DNA from: a virus
Lineage: Duplodnaviria; Caudoviricetes
DNA length: 64,000 nucleotides
IMG/VR virus record: IMGVR_UViG_3300048606_000166
Location: 1 to 64,000 of that record
Reading direction: 5' to 3' (one strand)
The number at the start of each line of letters is the position of its first letter. Position 1 is the first letter of the stretch. A model generated the notes under the pieces. It had not been told where the DNA came from and did not search any database. It was given only the letters and a program-made list of their open reading frames with translations. Positions 35,008-45,424 of this stretch are shown here, piece after piece. The translations under genes were made by a program, and so were the position numbers.

Positions 35008-36261
35008 TCAGATGACGTCGACCCAGAAGAGGGATGGATCGCCAAACACTTTGAGCTGCCCGCTGCCGTAGTCGCCGATCACAATGACCGCGCCCCCGAG
35101 CGCCTGCGAGATCTGAAACCCGAGCGTCGTCGGGTTGACAACGTAGAAGAGGATGCCGTCGGAGATGCCGAGGGGAAACGCGCCGCTCGTCGAGAAGCCG
35201 CACCTGTCGTCGGCAAAAAACGGGTGCCCCTCCCAACCGAGCTCGCTCGCCGGCGCCGGCGAGACCGCGACCGCGACCGGTCCGAAGACACGCTCGAAGC
35301 CCTCGGCCGGATCCGCGTTCGTTCCGGCGAAGAGGGCCGTCTCGACGGCGAAGAGCCCGAGGGTGTAGCCCTCATCCCAGCCGAGCGGATCAAAGCTCTC
35401 GATGCCGAAGACTGCCGCCTCGACGCCCGGGAAGTCGAGCGCGTAGGGGCCGAGTTGCTCGAAGTCCTCGTAGCTTCTGGCAGGCCCTGGATCCGAATCG
35501 AAGCTCGCCTCGGCGGTTGCGGCGAGACCGCGCAAGAAATCATCCCAGTCAACCTCGAAGCCCTCGAAGAGCAAGGCGCCGAACGACGCCGACCCGAGCG
35601 CGAGCGCGTAAGGTTCGAGGTCGTAGTAGAAATTGCCCCAGCGCCGTTCGAAGTCTTCGACATCGATCTGGTCGCGCTGGGCGATCCAGGAGTAAACGCC
35701 CCACTCCGTCTCGACGACGCCTGGCAGGCCGAGCACGTACCCGACGCGCGGCATGCCGACCATGGCCGTCTTCGCAGCCGCGGTGACCGTGCCGTTGCCA
35801 CTCGCCGCGCCGGCAACAGAGAGCGTGCGCCCGGTCGCGAGGTGCTTGGCGGTGAAGGTCATCACCGTCGACGCTGTCCACGTGAGCGGCGCTGAAAGGA
35901 GATTCACCCCGCCAATGCGGAGAATGATCTGCTGGGTGCTGACGTCATAGAAAAGCCGATTGCTCGCATCGAAGTAGACGAGGTTGTGCTCGATGCCTGG
36001 GTCGTAGGCGAGCGACGCCGCCGTCGCGATGGTCTCCATGACGAAGCTGAAGAAGCCGTTCGGCGCGACCACCTCGGGCACGAACCGGCCGAGCTGCCCG
36101 ATGCCGGTGACATCGGTCCAATCGGCCCCGACCGAGACGAAAGCGGCCGCGCCAAACCCCGCCTTTTCATACGCCGCGGAAAGCGACGTGAGCGTCCAGC
36201 CCTCGGCAAGCCCCGGCTGCTCGGCGGGTGTCTCGAAACTGAGGTTGCCGGGCGCAGGCAT
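35008..36261 (-). CDS. Hypothetical structural protein with acidic/aromatic repeats
   Basis: PGNLSFE N-terminus; repeated E.FE..W-like motifs. Confidence 0.7.
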   Translation of the reverse strand: MPAPGNLSFETPAEQPGLAEGWTLTSLSAAYEKAGFGAAAFVSVGADWTDVTGIGQLGRFVPEVVAPNGFFSFVMETIATAASLAYDPGIEHNLVYFDASNRLFYDVSTQQIILRIGGVNLLSAPLTWTASTVMTFTAKHLATGRTLSVAGAASGNGTVTAAAKTAMVGMPRVGYVLGLPGVVETEWGVYSWIAQRDQIDVEDFERRWGNFYYDLEPYALALGSASFGALLFEGFEVDWDDFLRGLAATAEASFDSDPGPARSYEDFEQLGPYALDFPGVEAAVFGIESFDPLGWDEGYTLGLFAVETALFAGTNADPAEGFERVFGPVAVAVSPAPASELGWEGHPFFADDRCGFSTSGAFPLGISDGILFYVVNPTTLGFQISQALGGAVIVIGDYGSGQLKVFGDPSLFWVDVI

Positions 36262-36269
36262 CGCTCGGC

Positions 36270-37856
36270 CTAGAGGGGCAGGCTCGTGTCGGCATCGATG
36301 ATGACGACCGTGCCGAGGACAGGGAACGCGAAATTGGAGATGACGACGTCGGAGCGCAGGCCGTTCAGAAGAAAATCGGTCTGGCCCGCCCCGAGCTTGC
36401 GGAGCTCGGCGACGTCCCGGACCACGTTGTAGACGTCGGAGAAGGGCAGCTCGCCGGTCGGGTTGCCGTCGGCATCCTTGAAGTGCCAGCCGAAGTCGAC
36501 GCGCGGGTTTTGCACAAGCGCGTCGCCGTCGGCCGCCGTGACACCGATGGACGCCGCGAGCTCGGGCGCTGTTGCCAGGAGATCCGACGCCCTCACCTGG
36601 ATGGCGAAGAACGTCTCGAGCGCGTTCAGCACCGCGGCCTTGGCCTGCGCGCCCGTGACCCCTGGCCGCTTGTACGCGAGCAGCGTCACGTCGACGGTCG
36701 CGTAAGGGGCGGTCTGGGTGATGAGGTTGAGCGTGTTGGTCTTCGGGTAGTCCGCGGTAGGACCAGCGAAACGGGCGCCAATCTCCGTCACGAGCGCCGG
36801 CGAGGCCTGCCCGCCGCCGATCGGAACGATAAAAAGGCGGCCCGTGTTCTCGGGTACGGCGGGATCCTCGTTCTTCGTGAGGTAGAGCGCGCGCGCTACG
36901 CCCGTCGTCAGCTCGGCCACGATTTCGAAGTCCTCACGGGCGACCGCGCGCGAGAGCACGCGCAGCTGCCGAGGGGCGTTCTGCTTGATCTGCGCGTTCG
37001 ATTCGCGGTTGGTCCCGCCGATCGATTTCACGAGGTTCTCGGCCGAGAGCGCGACCGGGTTGCCGAGCGAGTCGCGGTAGACGCCCTCGAGCACGCGCAC
37101 GCTGCCCACCTCGAGCACGCCGATGTCGCCCCCTCCGGTCTTGTAAGTGACCGTGAGGGTGCCGGTCGGGATGGCGCCGTTGATGCCGTTGCCGAACCGG
37201 AGCTGGCAGCGGCCGAGCGCGTCGACCGACTCGACGTAGTGGCGCTCGGTCGAGTCGGAGTCGAGGAAGTTGCCGACCTGGGTGTAGGCGCCGTTGCCGG
37301 CCGTGACGATGGACGAGTCGTCGAGAAAGGGCGCCTTCGTCAGCTGAAACGTCTGGTCGGGTACGCCCTGCTGCGGGATGAAGGCCTCGGTGGTTCTGAC
37401 CGAATTTTCGAGGGTGAGCGTCACGCTCGTCTGCCCCGCGGCGAGCTCCTCGTCGTCCTCGACCTCGAAGCGGATGGCGTTGGTGACCTCGGGCGTTTTG
37501 ACGCCGTTGCCCTTCGCGATGGGCACTGGATTCGCGAGGGGCGCGGGAAGACTAAAGCGCACGTCGACCGTCGCCGCCGTCGCCCCCCCGGGCTGGTAGG
37601 CGAGAAGCTTCGCGTGCGCCATGACGCTGCGCCGGAGCTGCGCGCTGACGAGGCGCGATTCGCGCGCCCACTTGTCGATGTAGAAGGCCTTGAGGTCCGC
37701 GAGGTGCGCCTCGAGCTCGATGAGGAGGTTGCCGAAATTGGCGACGTTTTCTTCCGTCCACTTCGGGAAGACCGAGCGGATGAGGTTTCTCATCCGCGCG
37801 AGCACGTTCGCGAAATCCTTGTCGGTCTTGTCGAGGACGATCGGCAGAAGGGCCAT
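36270..37856 (-). CDS. Baseplate J/gp47 family protein
   Basis: DKDF...FP.WT....NFG..L.E; FGNG.NG.IP; GG...ES...IK..AP..LR...RAV..EDFE. Confidence 0.88.
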   Translation of the reverse strand: MALLPIVLDKTDKDFANVLARMRNLIRSVFPKWTEENVANFGNLLIELEAHLADLKAFYIDKWARESRLVSAQLRRSVMAHAKLLAYQPGGATAATVDVRFSLPAPLANPVPIAKGNGVKTPEVTNAIRFEVEDDEELAAGQTSVTLTLENSVRTTEAFIPQQGVPDQTFQLTKAPFLDDSSIVTAGNGAYTQVGNFLDSDSTERHYVESVDALGRCQLRFGNGINGAIPTGTLTVTYKTGGGDIGVLEVGSVRVLEGVYRDSLGNPVALSAENLVKSIGGTNRESNAQIKQNAPRQLRVLSRAVAREDFEIVAELTTGVARALYLTKNEDPAVPENTGRLFIVPIGGGQASPALVTEIGARFAGPTADYPKTNTLNLITQTAPYATVDVTLLAYKRPGVTGAQAKAAVLNALETFFAIQVRASDLLATAPELAASIGVTAADGDALVQNPRVDFGWHFKDADGNPTGELPFSDVYNVVRDVAELRKLGAGQTDFLLNGLRSDVVISNFAFPVLGTVVIIDADTSLPL

Positions 37857-37872
37857 CAGCGCACCGAACCTC

Positions 37873-38400
37873 TCACGCCGTCAGGCCGACCGGCAAACTG
37901 ACGGTAACGTCGCGCTCGATGACCCGCTGGCCAGCCGACGCGTCGACGAGGTCGTAGCGGACGTGCACCTGGGAGCCGCGCTTGGTTCCGCTTTCGAGGC
38001 GCTCGAGCTCGACCCTTTTGATGCGCGCGCGCGGCTCCCAGCGCCGCACCGGATCGACCACGTAGAGGCGCGCGAGCTCCTGAAAGGCCGGGTTATTCGA
38101 AGCGTGCCGCAGGGTGTGCAGCTGCGAGCCGAACCGGCTCCGCCACCTCACCTCACCCGGCCGCCGGTCGGTGCCACCCTTGGTGCCGAGGATTTGCCGG
38201 AGGTTACTCGACACGAGATCGGCGCCGGTGCCGGACGCGAAATCGCTCTTCAGGTCGCGGCGAAAGGGGTGCAAGAGCCCGATGCCGAGAAAGGCGTCGG
38301 TCGCGAGGATAGCGGCCGCATCGGACTGGCCCGCCCCGCCGCTCGATGGCGGCGCCGGCGTCGACGAGGGAAGGAGCGGAAAGACGGCTACTTGCGGCAT
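37873..38400 (-). CDS. GPW/gp25-like baseplate wedge protein
   Basis: G.GL..PF...V...L.QILGT..GE...R..FGS.L...WEPRARI. Confidence 0.85.
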   Translation of the reverse strand: MPQVAVFPLLPSSTPAPPSSGGAGQSDAAAILATDAFLGIGLLHPFRRDLKSDFASGTGADLVSSNLRQILGTKGGTDRRPGEVRWRSRFGSQLHTLRHASNNPAFQELARLYVVDPVRRWEPRARIKRVELERLESGTKRGSQVHVRYDLVDASAGQRVIERDVTVSLPVGLTA

Positions 38401-39371
38401 TACTCGGCCTCGTTTCCTTTCAGATCGATCGCAAAGACCTCGAAGGATGGCGTGGCTGGCCATCCCCCGAAACGCGCCACGTCGTAAGCGAAGCCGCCCG
38501 GCACGATCGTCCGGCTCGATTCTGCGGCGTAGAGGCCCTTGTACCTGACCCCGTCGTGCACGACGTCGCACGCGCCCGTCGCCTCGAAGGTGACGATGAT
38601 GATGACGCGCCGAAAAGCCCCCTGGTCGTCGGTCACCGTGATGCCGATGTGATCGAAGCGGGCGATGTCGGTGAGGCTCGGCGGATCGTAGACGACGGTC
38701 GGGGGCGTCGAATCGAAGCCCGTGTCGGCGCTTCGCTCGACGGTGTTGGCGTCGCGGTTGCCGGCCTCGTCGCGCGCGCGAACGACGAAGTAGTAGGTCG
38801 TATTCGGCGAGAGCCCCCCGACGGCGAGCACCGTCGCGCCGGGCGGCGAGATGTAGGCGGGGGGGTCGAGAAAGTTCTGCCCTCCGGGAGTGGTCGAGAC
38901 GTACACGTCGTACTCGATCGCCTGCGGCAAGGAGTTGTCATCGCTCGCCGGATCCCAGCTGAGAAGCGCGCTCGCGCCGCTCACCGCGACCGCCGCGTCG
39001 AGCCCCCCAAAGACCGGCGGCGTCGTGTCGTCGAGCGTGCTTGCCGAGAGCTCGACCGTGTTCTCGTCGCGGTTCTGCGCCTCGTCTCGCGCCCGCACGA
39101 CCACGAAATAGGGCGTGCCGACGAGCCGATCCGGGATGACGAAGGAGGTTTCGCCCGGATCGGTCGAGTACATGAGCTCGAAGTCTTGCCCCGCCGCCGC
39201 GTGCACCGAGAGGTCGTAAACGATGCGCGGCTGCGGCGTGATGTCGTCGGTCGCGGGGGCCCAGTGGGCCGTCAGCGTGTGCACGGTCGCCGCATCGAGC
39301 GCCGTGATACCCGCGAACGTTGGCGGAACTGGGTCCCGCCTCCCCCCCCACGCGCCCGAGCCGTACGGCAT
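38400..39371 (-). CDS. Fibronectin type III domain structural protein
   Basis: Two repeats P.F.G....W..A.DD...YD...YFVVRARDEA.NRD.N. Confidence 0.8.
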   Translation of the reverse strand: MPYGSGAWGGRRDPVPPTFAGITALDAATVHTLTAHWAPATDDITPQPRIVYDLSVHAAAGQDFELMYSTDPGETSFVIPDRLVGTPYFVVVRARDEAQNRDENTVELSASTLDDTTPPVFGGLDAAVAVSGASALLSWDPASDDNSLPQAIEYDVYVSTTPGGQNFLDPPAYISPPGATVLAVGGLSPNTTYYFVVRARDEAGNRDANTVERSADTGFDSTPPTVVYDPPSLTDIARFDHIGITVTDDQGAFRRVIIIVTFEATGACDVVHDGVRYKGLYAAESSRTIVPGGFAYDVARFGGWPATPSFEVFAIDLKGNEAE

Positions 39372-39374
39372 CGC

Positions 39375-39950
39375 CTAGCTCGCGACCGCGCGCCCGTTGG
39401 TCGCCGTCGGCTTGATGGCGTCGGGGATTGGCTTCAATGGTTTTTTGACCGCCACCTTCTCGGCCTTCGGCTGTTGGCCGCCGGGTTTTTGCTTGCCCTT
39501 CGGCTTCTGCTTCGCGTCCGCCTTGGCCTCGGCCTTGATCTGCTCAGCGACCGCTTGCGTGCCCTTCTCGGAGACGGCTTCGAGGTACGGGAGAAAGTCG
39601 CCCCCCCCGACGAGGTACTCCCCGATGACGACCTCTTTGCCGTCGCGGTCAGTGCCCGTCTGCGAAAAGACGCCCCACTTGCCGGTCCTTTTGTCCTGCT
39701 CGGGGCCGTGAGGTTCCTCCATCACGTCGTGCAAGAGCTTCCAGTTCGGCTCGTCGAGCGTCGCCCGATCGCCCGGCTTTTTGCCCTTCATCTCGGCCTT
39801 GATCTCGGCGCCGGCGCGGATGCCGTTACCGTTGTCGTTGAACCGATGATCGGTGCGGATGAGGAAGTCGACGCACTCGACGAACGGGTACGGGAGGTTG
39901 CCGAGTATTTTCACGGTCTCGGGGATCTCGATGTGTCGTAGTTCAGCCAT
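39375..39950 (-). CDS. Hypothetical protein (possible fibre assembly factor)
   Basis: GGAG RBS; position after fibre genes; Lys-rich tail. Confidence 0.6.
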   Translation of the reverse strand: MAELRHIEIPETVKILGNLPYPFVECVDFLIRTDHRFNDNGNGIRAGAEIKAEMKGKKPGDRATLDEPNWKLLHDVMEEPHGPEQDKRTGKWGVFSQTGTDRDGKEVVIGEYLVGGGDFLPYLEAVSEKGTQAVAEQIKAEAKADAKQKPKGKQKPGGQQPKAEKVAVKKPLKPIPDAIKPTATNGRAVAS

Positions 39951-40064
39951 GGCTTTTCTCTCCTCGAAGCGGAAGGCCAAGAGGCCGCTGCTCAGCGTCG
40001 TTCGACCGCTCCGCACGCCTTCTCAGGTAACAGAAGCCCATCGCAAGCGCCCACCCCCCCCGGC

Positions 40065-40913
<849 letters not shown>

Positions 40914-40926
40914 TTCCCCCCCCCGC

Positions 40927-43900
40927 CTATTGAATGAACCAGTTGGTGCCGTTCGATCGGACCGTCCACGCGCCCCAGTTGGTCGAGAAAACGTAGGAGG
41001 CGGCGATCCCCATGATCTGCTCGGCCGCGGCGCGAACGAGGGTGATGTTGTTCGTCCCGCACAAGCCCGAGATGTCGATGAGGACGACCGTGCGCGCAGC
41101 GGCGGGCGTCGGCAGCGTGATCGCGCGCGGCACTGTCGTGTCGACGAAGACGATGTAGTCGGCGCCATTGCTGATGGTGACTGGCGTCGTCGTGACCGTG
41201 AGCGTCTGAAAGCCGCCCCCGCCGAGCTGCACCCACGCGCCGTTCGTGCGCACGTAGATCGAGCCGTTCGGCGAGCCGCTGCGAAAGTAGGCCGAGCCGT
41301 CCACCTCGGCCGCGGAGGGCACGGCCGTTCCCTCCGTGATGGTGACGACGCCGGTTCCGATCACGAGGCCGACGGTCACCTTCGCGCTGCCGATGACATC
41401 GAGTGCGAAGGCGGGTGTGGTCGCTGCACCAATCTTGAGGCCCACATCATTGAGGCGCGCGATGCCGACGCCCGATCGGACGAAGTCGATGACGCCAGCG
41501 CCTGGAACGCTAAGGCGCGTGTCGGTGTTGCCGTTGCCCCAAAGCGTGGTGTTGGTTGCAGACGGCGTGATGTTGCCGAACCAGATCGCGCCATGCGTCG
41601 TGGCCGAGCCGGTGAGGTTATCGGCGAAGACCTTGCCTGTGGCGGAACCGGCCGTCACGCGGCCTCCAATGATCGCGCTACCGACCACCTCGAGCATCGC
41701 GGTCGCCGCCGACTCCGCTCCAATCTTGAGGCCCGTTGAGTCCCAATACCCGCGACCGGTGTTGGCCGTGCGAAACCGGATGTTGGCCGGCCCATTGATC
41801 ATCGTGTAGGTCGTGCCGTCCCCGCGAAGCGAACCGTTCGTTCCCGATGGCGTAATGGGGCCGAACCAGATTGTGGCATCGGACGACGGAAAGGTGATGT
41901 CGCTGTCGATGACGACCTTGCCCGCACCGACGCCGATCTTCGCGCGACCGATGACGTCGAGCATCGCCGTTGCAGCAGTGTTGTCTCCAACGCGAAGACC
42001 TGTCGTTCTCCAAGTTCCAATCTCGCTATTGCTGATCGTGAATCGAAGATAGGTCGTGCTGTTCAGCGACGTGTCACCACCATCTGAACCGTACAGCGCG
42101 TAATTCGCCGCACCAAGCACGGCCTGCGTGCCTAAGTAGATAACCCCGTGCGATGTTGGTGCCGACGGGTGACTGTCCAGAACTACCTTCCCCCCGCTGA
42201 CCCCGAACTTCGCACGGCCGACCACGTCTAGCTTCTCGGTCGCGGCCGTCGAGTCGCCGATGCGGAGGCCCGTCGCGTTCCACGTCCCCTTGTACGTGCC
42301 AGCTGTGGTGATAACCCGAAGGATGTCTGCATTCAGAAAAATGCCGTTGATGGTTCCACCGGTGATGCTCACATAATTATCGTTCGTGGCGACAGGGTTC
42401 TCCGCCCTCAGAAACTCGTGCGTGCCGCGCTTGAGGACGAAAGGCCCTGCCTGCGTGGTGCCGGCGCCCGCCTGGAGAACGAGCGAGCCGCCCGTGCTGG
42501 TCGTGCCGGTGGCGTTCTGCGCTTGGATGGTGAGCGTTGCCCCGGTCGCGCCGTTGGTCGTGACGTCGCGCTGGTAGAACTTCGGCGTGACCGTCGCGGC
42601 ATCGATGCAGATGCTGCCGACGACGTGCAGCTTTTCCGCTGGGTTATTGCCGGACCCGAGCCCAACACCAAACCCGCTAGCCCGGGCGAGACCGATGACA
42701 GCCCCGCCAATAATGAAGAGGGTTTCCACTGCCGAGTTGAGTACCGCTACGGAATTGCCGCCGTAGAGCGTGTAATTCGTGCTGCTCGGGGTGATGTTGC
42801 CGAGCCAGAGCCCACCGAAAGCCGTCTCGCTGCCGATGAGACTGCCGATGACCGCCCGGCCCGTCGAGCTCGTGGTGCTTGCCACCGTGAGCCCGATTGC
42901 GCTGATGGTTCCAATCGTGACGCCGCCCCTCTGAAGGTTGAGAGCACCAGGCGCCGTCGTGCCCGTGCCGGAGGTCAGATTGAGGGCACCGCCCGTCGAG
43001 GTGGTGCCGGTCGCATTTGCGGCCTGGATCGTGAGGGCGGCCGCCGTCGCGGCGTTGGTGACGTTGTCGGCCTGAAAAAACTTCGGCGTCGTGGTCGCTG
43101 TGTCGATTTTGATGTTTCCGAGCACCTCGAGCCGCTCGGTCGCCGCCGTGTTGTCGCCAATCCTAAGTCCAAATGAATTCCAACGGCCAGCTGACACCTG
43201 ATTGACGACGAAGCGCAGCGGACCGTTGCCGGGCACTTGCAGCTGGACGTCCGCCGTCCCATTGCTGTAGAGGATCGAGTTCGTCGCGGTGGGGGTGACG
43301 TTGCCCATCCAGATCGCACCGAATGTGGCTTCGGACCCGATGAGGCTGCCGATGACCGCGCGGCCGCCTGCCGGGCTGACTGTGCTGCCCACCGTCAGCC
43401 CGATCGCGCTGATGGTTCCAATCGTAACGCCTCCCCTCTGCAGGGTGAGAGCACCGGGCGCGGTGGTTCCGGTGCCGGAGGTCAAGTTGAGCGCGCCGCC
43501 CGTCGACGTGGTGCCCGTCGCGTTCGCCGCCTGAATCGTGAGGGGCTGCCCGGTCGCGCCGTTCGTCGTGTTGTTAGCCTGCTTGATGGTCGGCGCCACA
43601 ACCGCCGCGCCCCACTCGATGACCGCCGCATCCCCCGAGACGCGGAGGGCGACCGTCGCGTCGCTCCGCCGGAACTCGACCAGGTTCGCCGTCTGCGCGG
43701 CGTTCGCGACGATGACGACCCCTTGGGTGTCCGCCGCGCCGCCGACCGTGATCCTGCCCGTCGTCGTCAGGTTCTGCGCGGAGAAGTTTGTCGAGGGGAC
43801 CCACTTGCCCGAGTGGTTGATGAGCGCCTGGCCCTCGGCCCCGCCCGACAGGCCGATGCTGCCCGCCGTGAAGGTGCGCAGGACCCAGCGCCCCGCCTCG

Positions 43901-44493
43901 CTCGTGTAGGCGGCCGGCTTGAAGACGAGCTCGTCATCGTCGGCCGCGATGCTCGCCGCGTCCCAATCGAGGATCCCGAGCCCAGGGACGAAGCACGCCT
44001 TCTGGCGGTTGCCGATGTGCGCGCGCAGCTCGGTCTTGTCGGCAAAGGTAGGATAGAGGGCGTCTATCCACGCGCGCGCCCGGTAGTCCCACCCCTTGCT
44101 CGTGTCGGCGCCTTCCTTCTGCTCTTCGCCGAAGGCGGGCTCGGTGTGCCCTCCGTCGACGATGTGGCCTAGCTCGTCGCGGGTGACATTGAAGACGAGT
44201 CTGCGGCGGTTACCGGCGGCGACATCGGCATTTCGGACGCGGACCTCGACCTCGTATGGTCCGAAGGCGTCGGGCGTGACGTCCGCCGGCGTGAAATCGC
44301 CGATGACGTGGTGACCGAGCAGCGTCGAGCCCGCCGGGGCGTCGAGGTAGAGGATCTCGCAATTGGCCTCGGGCCCGTCCGCATCGACGACGAGCGTGAG
44401 GGGGTGCCCCTTCCAGATGTCGTCTCGCCCGGTGTCGACCGTGCCGGCCGGCACCGGGTTAGCCGCTTGGTTAAACCGAAAGTGTGCCCCCAT
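40927..44493 (-). CDS. Long tail fibre protein with internal repeats (1188 aa)
   Basis: Gly/Thr/Ala-rich, repeated TLTIQAANATGTTSTGG and AIW.GNITP modules. Confidence 0.78.
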   Translation of the reverse strand: MGAHFRFNQAANPVPAGTVDTGRDDIWKGHPLTLVVDADGPEANCEILYLDAPAGSTLLGHHVIGDFTPADVTPDAFGPYEVEVRVRNADVAAGNRRRLVFNVTRDELGHIVDGGHTEPAFGEEQKEGADTSKGWDYRARAWIDALYPTFADKTELRAHIGNRQKACFVPGLGILDWDAASIAADDDELVFKPAAYTSEAGRWVLRTFTAGSIGLSGGAEGQALINHSGKWVPSTNFSAQNLTTTGRITVGGAADTQGVVIVANAAQTANLVEFRRSDATVALRVSGDAAVIEWGAAVVAPTIKQANNTTNGATGQPLTIQAANATGTTSTGGALNLTSGTGTTAPGALTLQRGGVTIGTISAIGLTVGSTVSPAGGRAVIGSLIGSEATFGAIWMGNVTPTATNSILYSNGTADVQLQVPGNGPLRFVVNQVSAGRWNSFGLRIGDNTAATERLEVLGNIKIDTATTTPKFFQADNVTNAATAAALTIQAANATGTTSTGGALNLTSGTGTTAPGALNLQRGGVTIGTISAIGLTVASTTSSTGRAVIGSLIGSETAFGGLWLGNITPSSTNYTLYGGNSVAVLNSAVETLFIIGGAVIGLARASGFGVGLGSGNNPAEKLHVVGSICIDAATVTPKFYQRDVTTNGATGATLTIQAQNATGTTSTGGSLVLQAGAGTTQAGPFVLKRGTHEFLRAENPVATNDNYVSITGGTINGIFLNADILRVITTAGTYKGTWNATGLRIGDSTAATEKLDVVGRAKFGVSGGKVVLDSHPSAPTSHGVIYLGTQAVLGAANYALYGSDGGDTSLNSTTYLRFTISNSEIGTWRTTGLRVGDNTAATAMLDVIGRAKIGVGAGKVVIDSDITFPSSDATIWFGPITPSGTNGSLRGDGTTYTMINGPANIRFRTANTGRGYWDSTGLKIGAESAATAMLEVVGSAIIGGRVTAGSATGKVFADNLTGSATTHGAIWFGNITPSATNTTLWGNGNTDTRLSVPGAGVIDFVRSGVGIARLNDVGLKIGAATTPAFALDVIGSAKVTVGLVIGTGVVTITEGTAVPSAAEVDGSAYFRSGSPNGSIYVRTNGAWVQLGGGGFQTLTVTTTPVTISNGADYIVFVDTTVPRAITLPTPAAARTVVLIDISGLCGTNNITLVRAAAEQIMGIAASYVFSTNWGAWTVRSNGTNWFIQ

Positions 44494-44509
44494 GCACCCC
44501 CCCGGCCGG

Positions 44510-44518
44510 AACCTATCA
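44510..44518 (-). promoter_or_regulatory. Extended -10 late-type promoter for the long fibre gene
   Basis: TGA-TAGGTT on minus strand, 16 nt before ATG with G-run RBS. Confidence 0.5.
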
Positions 44519-44576
44519 TGGTGCGGCTAAGCGCCCACAACTCCGGCCGGTTGCGAATGTGAGAGACTTTCCTTAG

Positions 44577-44647
44577 GGCACGTTGGAGCAGCGGCAGCTC
44601 ATCGGGCTCGTACCCCGAAGGCGGTGGTTCGAATCCATCACGTGCCC
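44577..44647 (+). tRNA. Atypical tRNA, anticodon CGT (Thr), initiator-like arms
   Basis: Acceptor GGCACGT/ACGTGCC, D-stem GAGC/GCTC, anticodon arm TCGGG-CTCGTAC-CCCGA, T-arm GGTGG-TTCGAAT-CCATC; no CCA. Confidence 0.8.
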
Positions 44648-44650
44648 TTT

Positions 44651-45424
44651 TCAGCAGGGCGGGTCGGTCGAAAGCGGCACCGGCCGAGGGAGTTTCGGAA
44701 AGCCCGGGATCGCGTCGCGGATGCTCTGCAAGAACTTGATGGCGTCGTCGAACGGCTCGATGGCCTCGATGGCGATGCTCGCGATGGGATCGATCGGGAT
44801 CTTGATGCACTTCTGGCCGATGAGCTCGAGCAGGGTGTTCACCATCATCACGAGGCGGGCGATCGGCTTGACCGAGTCGTTGAAGTTGATGAGCTGGATC
44901 GCGAGGTTCTGCTTCGAGCAGATGAGCGCCGCGGCAAGCGCCGTATTGTTGAGCTTCTGCGCCTTCAGCTCGAGGTTCACGATGCGCGCCTGCTGGACGA
45001 TGAGGGCTTGCATCTCGTCGCGAAGGCCGACGAGCGCGACGATGATGGCCTCGAGAAGGGTCTTCACCATGACCGGCACCGAGCGCGGCGGGAATGCCTC
45101 GGTCAGCTTGTCGAGCTTCGCCCCGAGCTTCTCCAGCAGCGCGAGCAGCTTCGCCGGGTTAGGAGGGGGCCCCAAGATCCCCGGCACCGCCTTGATGCAA
45201 TCGACGAGCGCCTGCACGACGTCCATGATGTTGAAAATCGGCGTGAGCGGCGCGAGCGCCGAATTGGCCTGCGCCATGAGCCCGCGCGTCGCGGCCGCAG
45301 CCGAGCCGAGGTGAAGGTGGTCGACCGCGAAGAGCTCGGCGCCGCCCGGAAGGAGCAGCCGGAGCTCGCCAGGTCCGGGGTTGAGATCCGCGCAGTTGCC
45401 TTCGATGAGCGGTATCGGCTCCAT
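44651..45424 (-). CDS. Hypothetical helical protein in baseplate cluster
   Basis: 257 aa, coupled to the spike gene. Confidence 0.7.
   Translation of the reverse strand: MEPIPLIEGNCADLNPGPGELRLLLPGGAELFAVDHLHLGSAAAATRGLMAQANSALAPLTPIFNIMDVVQALVDCIKAVPGILGPPPNPAKLLALLEKLGAKLDKLTEAFPPRSVPVMVKTLLEAIIVALVGLRDEMQALIVQQARIVNLELKAQKLNNTALAAALICSKQNLAIQLINFNDSVKPIARLVMMVNTLLELIGQKCIKIPIDPIASIAIEAIEPFDDAIKFLQSIRDAIPGFPKLPRPVPLSTDPPC

Noticed and set aside
44169-44810. 213-aa minus ORF and 243-aa plus ORF over the tRNA
   Set aside because: GYEPDELPLLQR and RRRWFESIT are translations of the tRNA sequence; both overlap real genes
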